A DNA stretch of 64,000 bases from Octopus vulgaris (taxonomy: Eukaryota): positions 123,008,001 to 123,072,000 of the forward strand of contig OX597815.1 of assembly GCA_951406725.2 (NCBI GenBank), given 5' to 3'. This document shows positions 54,238 to 64,000 of this stretch, in pieces (within the stretch, counting starts at the first letter, position 1; every line of letters starts with the position of its first letter). The position numbers were made by a program, and so were the translations under genes. Under the pieces are notes generated by a model, which ran no database searches, had not been told where the DNA came from, and saw only the letters and a list, made by a program, of their open reading frames with translations.

Positions 54238-54561
54238 TCATATGTTGTGGTGTGTGCTATTGCTCCATTCTAGTTTTCTATTCAGGCTAGGTTTATTTTC
54301 TATTATATGTGTAGCTTCTGTAATTTGTCTAATTGTTGCATCTGTTCTATGTGTGGACAATATCTTAATCTCTATGTTATTGATTGATCCCCCGTGTTCC
54401 TGTTCGGCGTGTTGGTACAGAATCGATGAGCTTTTACCTTCCTTGAGTTGTCTCCAATGTCCATTCACCCGCTCTCCAATGCTTCTTGCTGTTTCCCCTA
54501 CGTATGTTACTGTCTTGTTACTGCATCGTCCTTCTATACATCTTATACTATAGACTACATA
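54238..54561 (-). pseudogene. Penelope-type GIY-YIG endonuclease domain, 5'-truncated (left arm)
   Basis: VVYSIRC...C...YVGETARSIGERVNGH...SILYQH...H...RQITEATHI..NKPSLN; no RT upstream. Confidence 0.88.
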
Positions 54562-54867
54562 AGATGTATAGAAGGACGATGCAGTAACAAGACAGTAACA
54601 TACGTAGGGGAAACAGCAAGAAGCATTGGAGAGCGGGTGAATGGACATTGGAGACAACTCAAGGAAGGTAAAAGCTCATCGATTCTGTACCAACACGCCG
54701 AACAGGAACACGGGGGATCAATCAATAACATAGAGATTAAGATATTGTCCACACATAGAACAGATGCAACAATTAGACAAATTACAGAAGCTACACATAT
54801 AATAGAAAATAAACCTAGCCTGAATAGAAAACTAGAATGGAGCAATAGCACACACCACAACATATGA
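54559..54867 (+). pseudogene. Penelope-type GIY-YIG endonuclease domain, 5'-truncated (right arm, lacks VVY)
   Basis: Translation identical to the left arm from IRCIEGRC to the stop. Confidence 0.88.
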
Positions 54868-55660
54868 CGATAGAGGATCCTGAAAACATAATAAATACAC
54901 AGATAAATAAACAGATAGAAATGAATAACTATATATATGTATATATATCTATGTATGTATATGTGTATATATATATATATGTATATGTGTATATATGTGT
55001 GTATATATATATTTTTTTTTTTCGATTAGATTTATTATTATTATTACTAATATTGTTGTTATACATACATACAAGCATATGTAATGATAATAATGGGTGG
55101 ATGTAAACACATGAACAAAATTAGAACAAAAGCAACAACAACGAAAACAAAATACAAATTACAAGAATGTATATAAACAGAAGATACAAATGTTACAGGC
55201 ATCCCCCCACACACACACACACTAAATAAACATAGACGCACATAGAGATATAAGCATGCGCAAATGAAAACATGCAATAGAAATACAAAATGGCTGACGG
55301 TTAGTAAGGAGAGACACAAAGAAGTGAGAAGAAAACAAAGGACCACTGATGCGGTCACAGGAGTGTGACGAAAGAACTTTGGCCGAAATAAGATTAAGAT
55401 TAATGTAAAAAATAAATATCACTGAAGCAAAATAACACCAAATATATAGTGCGTGTGTTTTTATTGGCTAAACTGGCAATATGACCATTCCGAAATATAA
55501 CAATATCTGTTTCAACACACGACTTCACATAAAAAATCTTGCACAACAAATATTTAAACGTACTATATTTATATATTTATATATATATATGTATGCATGC
55601 AGACACCTATGTGTTTATGAGGATGAAGTTGCGTGCACATATACATGCATACATACATAA

Positions 55661-55709
<49 letters not shown>

Positions 55710-55755
55710 TATACTTTATTTAAAGCAGCAGAAAATTCAACAAAACCAGTTACTC

Positions 55756-55796
<41 letters not shown>

Positions 55797-56093
55797 CGTG
55801 TGGGGGGATATGTATGAGTACGTACATGCACATATATGTTTATGTGTGTATGTGCATGTACATATACATGCTTGTGTGGGTGTGTACGTGTGTAGACTTT
55901 ATGAACGCTGGAGGTTTTATGTCTATGTATTGTGAGAATATGGTTGCGTGTATTTTTTATCTTTTTTCTTATTTTCTACTTATTAGAGTAACTTCCCTTT
56001 TATTCAACGGTTTTTCATAGCGTCTATTGCCATTAATAGCCGACAAGAGTGCATCGTAGCTCTTCGCTTCAACATTCGAAACTCTTAGTACTA

Positions 56094-57332
56094 TTGGGTT
56101 GTCCGGAAAGTTCGTGCCGATTTTTAAAGGAAAGAAAAAGCTCATTTTTAATGCACAATGCGTCTCCATCTTTCCTTTAACTTGAAAATACCCTCTTCCC
56201 AGAATTGACTTGGTTTCATGGCAAAGAATTCATCAAGGTATCTTTTTACGTCATCCAAGGAATTGAAATCTTTACCGTTAAGACTATTCTGCAGAGACCG
56301 GAATAAGTGGAAATCTGAAGGAGCAATATCTGGTGGATATGGAGGGTGGGGTAACACATCCCAGCCGAGCTGCAGCAATTTTTGTGTGGTTCCCAAAGAA
56401 ACGTGCGGTCTTGCATTATCAAGTTGGAAAACAACACCCTTCCTGTTAGCCAATTCTGGACGTTTCTCTTGAATTGCTGCTTTTAACTTGTCCAGTTGTG
56501 TGCAGTATTTCTCAGAATTAATTGTCTGGTTACTTGGGAAAAGCTCATAGTACAGAATTCCTTTCCAATCCCACCAAACACAAAGCAAGACTTTTTTAGG
56601 GTGAAGAACCGCTTTTGGGGTGGCTAAGGGGGGCTCGTGTCACTTACTCCAGAATCGCTTTCTCTGAACATTTCGGTAGATAATCCATTTCTCATTACCT
56701 GTCACAATTTGCTTTAAAAAAGGCGCGTTTTCATTCCGTTTATAAAGCGAATCACAAATGGAAATGCGATCCAAAAGGTTCTACTCACTCAACTCATGTG
56801 GTACCCAAACGTCGTAGCGATTTGTGTACCAAACTTTACCAGGTGCTCATGAACGACGGATTTTGATAAGTTGAGGCTTTCTGCCAATTCTCGAGTTGTG
56901 CAATGTGGGTTGTTCTCAATTAATGACTTGATTTGGTTATCATCTGTAGTGGATGGTCTGTCTGATCGCTCTTTATCAATAAGGCTACAATCTCCAGCTC
57001 GGAACCTTGCGAACCACTTCGGCACAGTTCTTTCGGATAAAGAAAATTGACCGTAAACTGCGCATATTTCTTTGGTTGCTTGTGAGGCATTTAACCTTTA
57101 CGGAAAAAGAAAAGCATCAAGTGCCGAAAATGAACTTTCTTATCTTCCATTTTAAAGGGTTACAGAATTAACACAGGTTATAGGAACATAAAGCTTCTTT
57201 CACGAAAAGATAGCTTAAACTGTGCTCTAAATGGAAGTGTAGTCAAATCCTATTTTATGGACTCAACCATGTTCTAAAATAAGTCGAAAGGTAAGCTACT
57301 ATAAATCGGAACGAACTTTCCGGACAACTAAA
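56094..57332 (-). mobile_element. Full-length mariner element
   Basis: TA-ttgggttgtccggaaagttcgtgccgattt...aaatcggaacgaactttccggacaactaaa-TA. Confidence 0.96.
56148..57150 (-). pseudogene. Mariner DD34D transposase, disrupted
   Basis: MEDKKVHFRHLMLFFFRK, WVPHEL, LDNARPH, HPPYPPDIAPSDFHLFRSLQN; frameshifts and stops. Confidence 0.94.
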
Positions 57333-57592
57333 TATAATGACAACTTACTGTTTGTTCTAAATTATACGCGCGCGCGCATATTCACGCGCGCGTGTGTTTT
57401 TGTATCTATGTTTGTACCCAAGCACCACTTTACAACCAGTGTTGATGAGTTTACGTCCCCTAAACCAAGCAGTTCGGCGAAAAAGATTGATTGAATAAGT
57501 ACCAGGCTTTCAAACAAATAAGTACCAGAGTCAATTCATTCGACTGAAGCCCTTCAAGGTAGTGCCCCAGTATGGCCACAGTCTAATGATTG

Positions 57593-57993
57593 AGTAGCCG
57601 TGTGGTAAGTTACTTGCTTACCAACTACATGGTCTCGGGTTCAGTCCCACTGCGTGGCGCCTTGGGCAAATGTCTTCTATTATAGCCTCGGGCCGAACAA
57701 AGCCTTGTGAGTGGATTTGGTAGACGGAAACCAAAAGAAGCCCGTTGTACGTATGTATATATCGATGTATGTGTGTGTATATGTTTGTGTCTGTGTTTGT
57801 TCCCCCAACATCGCTTGACAACCGATGCTGGTATGTTTACGTCCCCGTAACTTAGCAGTTCGGCAAAAGGAACCGATAGAATAAGTACTAGGCTTACAAA
57901 GAATAAGTCCTGGGGTCGATTTGCTCGACTAAAGGCGGTGCTCCAGCATGACCACAGTCAAATGACTCAAACAAGTAAAAGAAAGTAAAAGAA
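57593..57993 (+). mobile_element. SINE family B, full length, following the tail of another copy (57400-57590)
   Basis: tRNA-like head gggttcagtccc, ccttgggcaaatgtctt core, tail aaacaagtaaaagaaagtaaaag. Confidence 0.92.
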
Positions 57994-58639
57994 ACTTTCC
58001 TGTTTTAGACAGTAGAGTCTGCTTTGAGGATAATTTGGCTGCTAATTCTAGCAGACCCGGAGACCTGATTGAACTAATCTTTCTTTTGGTTAAACATGAG
58101 GACCTAAAGCAAGACGGGAGATTGTTTCCAGATTACAAACTACAATCTGATCGAGTAGACATCACGCTACCCCAGCAAGCGGGATGTATTGTATATCGTG
58201 ACCTACAGGCATGTTTCAACAATGAAATATTCAACTGTATGTATGTGTGTGAGTGTGCTGGTGTGTATGTATATGTGTGTGTGTGTGTGTGTGCATTGTA
58301 TTTATACAAAGACAGGAAAGAAAGCTACATTAATACATACCAGATGATACTTCTGGTATGAATGTGAAGCAAACTTTTTGATTTATTTTCTTCCTTTTCG
58401 CGAAGGTTTAATTTATGCTAATAAGTAACACAGTATTTGGAGGACGTTTCATATCAATTTGTGCGTGCGTGTGTGTGTGTGTGTGTATGTGTGTGTGTGT
58501 GTGTATGTGTGTGTGTGTGTACCACAGGTTTATACACACACACAGACACACTCACCTTTACATGTATTTACATAGATTAATAAACAAAGGAACAACTGCG
58601 CAATATAACTATTTCGGCCACATTAATGTATTAGATCTT

Positions 58640-58713
<74 letters not shown>

Positions 58714-58732
58714 AAGAAGAAGAAGAAGAAGA

Positions 58733-59345
58733 AGGAATATATTCACAGACATGACAGAGTTGGAACCTACATACACTGGAAGCTATGCCAACATTATGGA
58801 ATAACAACAGAAAAAAGATGGTATAGGCACACACCAGAAAAGGTCACAGAAAACGAGAAAGCAACCATACTCTGGGATATGCCAATACACACAAATAGAG
58901 AAATTAAGGCCAACAGACCAGATATAGTTGTCAGAGATCATAAAGAAAAAGATGCTTTCTAATTGATGTATCAATACCGGTAGATGACAACGTTTCTCTA
59001 AAAGAAATGGAGAAACTTTCAAAATACAAAGACCTGGAATTAGAGGTAACCAGAATGTGGAATCTAAAAACAGAAACAATCCCTATCATAGTAGGTGCAT
59101 TAGGCATGATAAAAAAATATTTAGACAAATACATAACAAAAACACCAGGACTTACAAACACATATAACATACAGAAAATTGCACTACTAGGTACTGCACA
59201 CATCCTACGCAAAACACTTTCCATACAATAACCATCAGAGCATCACAACAAATCATAGCACATACCCAAGGCACACAGAGCTGCGCTCGGTAGTGAAGTG
59301 AAGGCACGCTATAAAAATAAAACTACTGAATAATAATAATAACAA
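58733..59345 (+). mobile_element. R4/Dong-type RLE LINE, 5'-truncated, with (AAT)n tail
   Basis: EYIHRHDRVG...ILWD...ANRPDIVV; one frameshift at ~58950; then IDVSIP...EKLSKYKDL...IPIIVGALG...LLGTAHILRK*. Confidence 0.93.
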
Positions 59346-61354
59346 TAATCTTTTCTGTTATAGGCACAAGGCCTGAAATTTTGGGTATGTGGGATAGACG
59401 ATTATGTTGACTCCAATACTCAGCTAGTTCTCATTTCATAAACCCCGAAAAACGAAAGGCAAGTGGGTCTTGGCTGGATTTGAACTCAGAATGTAAAGAG
59501 CCTGAAGAAATGTCATTAAGCATTTCATCCGACACGTTAACGAAATCTTTCAGAAGATGACAACTATAGTTGTGTTATTAAGCTAAGTGGAAGGAATCAC
59601 TTAGTCACACTTGAGGCATAGAGCCAAAGGAAATCATAGAATTTGAACAAAATATGCAAGCAATCCTATACACAATATACAAGCAACAGAGAAAGTGAAT
59701 TGATAAAAATGGCTTTTCTTAAATTCGAACTGAAATTTTGTTTCCTGTTTCTTAAATAGGCCATTTGACTTCCGTTGCAGAATTTATTGGTAGATCAATA
59801 AAGATGAGTAATTATGTGTGCTTGGATACGAAACTCACGACCTTTGTTAGCGAGAAACCAACACTGCACAGGTACTCTCCATATTTAAAGCAAATCATAT
59901 TAAGCATTAGTTTCCTTTGACTAGGTACTAAAACTTCATATTATACAGAGAAAATCTATATGGAGTATGGTGATGTACACAGCTTTCTCAAGAGTATAGG
60001 CACTTTAAGTAATGGGAAACTGTTCAGTTTGTAGAACGAAAACCAGTTCAGATAAAATATTACATGTTTTATTGAAGTGAATGCGTTAGTTTTCCAAACA
60101 GACGTTTTAAGTATTTTCATGGAGTCATTAAAGCTAGTCACTGATTCAGATGGGAATATTAGTGCTTAACCTGAGCTAATACTGTCTAAATATCACCTTA
60201 ATCTAATCATTGAAGCATAAAGATTATTGTAATCTTCCTCTTAAATCAATGAACAGGATTTAAGCTCACGGCAATATTTTTTCTTTTTATTTCTATTTCA
60301 GACAACTTATACATTGTAATCAATTTATATTTAAATTTTTTTTTTTTCATTTCTTAGTATAAGAGTGATGACGAGACCGCAGTGTTCGCAGTAAAGTCGA
60401 ATGTTTGCAAGTCGGTTTCGCATCCCATTCATTAACAGATGACGTCGAGGGAAGAATTATTTTTTCTTATACAATTCTGTGTTTAGGCAATCCTATTCTA
60501 TTCGCTTTAACTTAAGTGACAGATGAATATTTGAGTATAGGAGAAGACTTTTGGATTTGTACGTTTGTTAAAAGAAATGAACTATTTTAATTATTTTCAC
60601 AATACATGATGATTTGATTTCTAATTACAACAGCTCTAAATCTCGTACAAATCACACATTACCGTTTTATATAAGGACATGACACATTAGCTCACGTAGG
60701 CCTCAGAAGAGGAGATGGGCATTGCTGGAATGACTTTAACCATGTGTGCGTGCGTGCGCGTGCGTGCGTGCGTGCGCGTGCGTGCGTGCGCGTGCGTGTG
60801 TGTATGCATGTATATGTATATATATATGTAGTTGTGTGTGTGTGTGTGCGCGCGCGCGTGTGTGTGTACATACGTTCGATGAGTTTTAACCTGAGACTAA
60901 ACAAAAACATGATCAGCTAAAAGTCTCTCCAGAAATTGAGTTTTCGTATCACACAAGTAAAATGTTCCCTTATATTCAAGTGACGATACTCAATCTTATT
61001 CAGTACAAACCACCACCAATTAGTTTCGGTTAATTTATTACTCTCTGAATCCGAAGTAGCTGAGTTGATAAGTTATTGAACTTCCATTTATTGAGAAGCA
61101 AGTTCAAATCTGCTCTCGATGTTACGTTATTTCTAAGCCAGTGAATCAACCTCGTCGGTGGTGCAGTGAGCTCACAAATGGCGGGAGGGCGATCGTGGAG
61201 TAGGTTCTAAGGCGGAGGTTGTGTTTAGAGGAGTCGTGAAGTTTCTTAGAAAATATTTAAACCAGATATAATATTTATATTTTAAACACGTTTTCAAAAA
61301 ATATTTGTCTGGATTAAAATATGATTTGGAGGACATTGTGATATCAATGAACAG

Positions 61355-61580
61355 AATGATGATGTGCTTAGTGATTAGAATATTCGGCTCACAATCGTAA
61401 GGTCGTGAATTCTATTCCCGGTGACGTGTTGTGTCCTTGAACAAGACACTTTATTTCACATTGCTTCAATCCACTCAGCTGGTAAAAATGAATAGCACCT
61501 CTATTTCAAAGGGCTAGCTTTGTCGTACTCTGTGTCACGCTGAATCTCCCTAAGAACTACGTTAAGGGTATATAATTCCT
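61355..61580 (+). mobile_element. Family C-related SINE (host of the next insertion)
   Basis: gtgtccttgaacaagacactttatttcac core. Confidence 0.75.
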
Positions 61581-61581
61581 T

Positions 61582-61810
61582 GCGGCGAGCTGGCAGAAAC
61601 GTTAGCACGCCGGGCGAAATGCTTAGCAGTATTTCGTCTGCGTTACGTTGTGAGTTCAAATTCCGCCGAGGTCGACTTTGCCTTTCATCCTTTCGGGGTC
61701 GATAAATTAAGTACCAGTTACGCACTGGGGTCGATGTAATCGACTTAATACCTATGTCTGTCCTTGTTTGTCCCCTCTGTGTTTAGCCCCTAGTGGGTAA
61801 TAAAGAAATA
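61582..61810 (+). mobile_element. Young family A SINE (Tx1-like tail) with TSD
   Basis: TSD ggtatataattccttgc at 61567-61583 and 61811-61827. Confidence 0.95.
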
Positions 61811-63539
61811 GGTATATAATTCCTTGCCTCCATAAAAGAGCACTAGTTCTAAAAATCCAAAACGAAAGCGATGCATGGGATAATGGGATGGCATAAGATA
61901 ATAGCTTGTTTGATTAAAGTAACGTGTTTTGGGGCGGGATTTCTAAAACGCTCTTTGGTAAACACGGAGTGCTGAGTTACTATGGGTTGGAAGGTAGATA
62001 AACCAATTAATGTGTGCAGGATCCACTCCTATCAATATTGGCTTTGTTTTTATAGAAATTTTGATTAGCTGGCCTAATAGAGTTATCACCCTTAGCCGTT
62101 ATGAAATTTCTAAACGCTTGTATAGGAAGTTTTTGTTTACTAAGTGTATGGATAACCTCAGTGTGTGGGAATTTTCAACACACTTTATCCTGTAGTCATA
62201 TACAACGGAAGTGAAGGGGGAGACGATAGGTTTGGACGAACATTCCACTTCGTAACTCCATTCAAATATAATTATTATCTAGCATTAATTTTGTGTTTCC
62301 AAATTAGACAGCTAATAGTGGACCCATTGTAATAACTGAGAACCCCTCGATCGAAATCATGCTATGCCCATGACATATATGAGACCCTACTGTATGTGTG
62401 TATTTAGTTTGAAGAACGATCTCAGTTCCTGTAAAGAATAGGCACCAGATTTTTAAAGGAAAAAAAATCAACAGAGCAGATGGAGCGACATAGAAAACAG
62501 TTACTATCACAGCTTAGTGATGAAATCACTGACCTTAAAACTATCGATCGTAAGTTTAATCTTAACTAGAAATTGCCATGTATAAATGTATACCTTTGTT
62601 TCGCGATAAGTTTGCTTTTATTTTCATATTTGGTTCACAAATTGAGTACTTAACGTTGTACTTTTTGTTGTTTAGTCCTGGATTAAACCAGATCTAACAG
62701 ATCTATGAGCAAAAGCATTCCAGTCGAGTTATTCCATATCTACATAACCTCATGTATCCTTTCTTTATATATGATGGTAGGTAGAGGTCTACATTTAGTG
62801 GGAGCGAGCACATAAAAAGAAGGCGCCGTGACATACCAAACAATTTTTTACTCATTTCTCTTATATTACGAAAAATATTTAATTAGTTATAATATACGTA
62901 ATTGAATTCTACATTCATTAGTTTGTGTTTCAATAACAATGTCATTATGTGTCATACTTACAAATACTGATACAGCTAACTAATGAGTTTTTTTTTAAAT
63001 TGTTGAAAAGGCACCAATTATGAAAAATGGGCTCGTGGGAAGCGATCGCTCCCGTTATTCCCCTGCTTACTATGCCACTGATAGTAGGGTGAAATTTGAA
63101 TGAGACTTAGCATCTGTTTCTAGCAGGTCGAGTAACCACGTATAAGCTTCCTCGTTGATTCCTGTACAAATGTGTTGATGAAGGAAATATGCTTCATTAT
63201 CCCAGGGAAGGCATGATGCGATTAACGTTGAATTAGATGTCGACACATGATGAGAACACATAAGATGACATGGCATACTATATTGCAGTATTTACTTAAC
63301 TAACTGATTTAATGTAAGGAACGGAGTTTAAGGAGAGAGACGTGCAATGGAGGCGGTAAGATATGAAGAAGGGTTTGTAGGGAAGATGGTATACAACCTG
63401 AATATTCTGAAGAGTAAAAGTCGTCATAGTAGAAGTATAGAAAAAAACGCAACAGTCGTCACTCGTAAGCGAGTATAACGTAGACTCTGGTGAAATTCCT
63501 CTCTCCCATTTATTATATATACGTGCATTCGAACGTAGC

Positions 63540-64000
63540 AGGGAACAGCTAGCCTTTGGTCGCTATTTGGACCATTTTGTGTCCACCACTCTGATTGGTT
63601 GGTATTGGCGCAATTTGTCTCTTACTCTGTCACGCCAACTTGCCGTGTATAACCAGTCGGAGGCTCTAAATAGGATTACTCGGGACAGCCTGTTTACAAC
63701 TCTACTTTAGCCTACAGCTTTTCCTCGTCCTGAAGTCTTTGGTTCCAGACCTTAGGGTCTAGCCACTGACCAAAAAGACACAACCAGTTCTAGTGACAAC
63801 GCCAGACAACACCACCACTACCACCACAGCTGCTACGTTGGGACTTACCAACTTTGTCCAATAGCATTACTGCAACCCCCGTCTTCGTCGTCACCGCCAT
63901 CTCTCTACGTACACAGCAAGCGACTCACCTAGGTTCCAACAGTTCACTGTTCGTGAATTACTACACCACGGATCAACAGCGAGTATACAACCTGTATGAA
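63540..64000 (+). mobile_element. LTR-like repeat related to 33061-34172, running off the window
   Basis: Shared tgtgtccac..ctctgattggttg..attggcgca.tttgtctct and gtctttgg.tc.agacct..ggtctag.cactgacca blocks. Confidence 0.6.

Larger units (their letters stand above)
53600..55506. mobile_element. ~1.9-kb palindrome of two head-to-head Penelope-like element 3' fragments
   Basis: Arms 53600-54546 and 54559-55506 with 12-nt spacer actatagactac; each arm is a GIY-YIG domain plus a long 3' UTR. Confidence 0.93.

Overview
AT-rich, microsatellite-saturated, gene-poor eukaryotic DNA. The SINE families and repeat landscape point to a coleoid cephalopod, most likely an octopus (inferred from recall, not from a search). 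No host protein-coding exon can be supported, and most listed ORFs are translations of simple repeats. The window is a layered deposit of mobile elements: three tRNA-derived SINE families (many nested), full-length but broken Tc1 (30061-31332) and mariner (56094-57332) elements, an internally deleted mariner, MITEs, and LINE remnants (R4/Dong-type RLE, RTE, CR1/Jockey-like, Tx1-like). The most notable structures are: (1) a ~1.9 kb near-perfect palindrome (53600-55506) made of two head-to-head Penelope-like GIY-YIG fragments; (2) other fold-back structures with hammerhead-like motifs; (3) a young SINE subfamily whose 3' tail resembles the local Tx1-like LINE end and often sits at GGTAT; (4) an RTE insertion with a twin-priming-type 5' inversion; (5) an RTE-like non-autonomous element with an HDV-ribozyme-like 5' end; and (6) a TIR-bounded element carrying a (TTAGGG)n array. 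Boundaries of degenerate elements are approximate.
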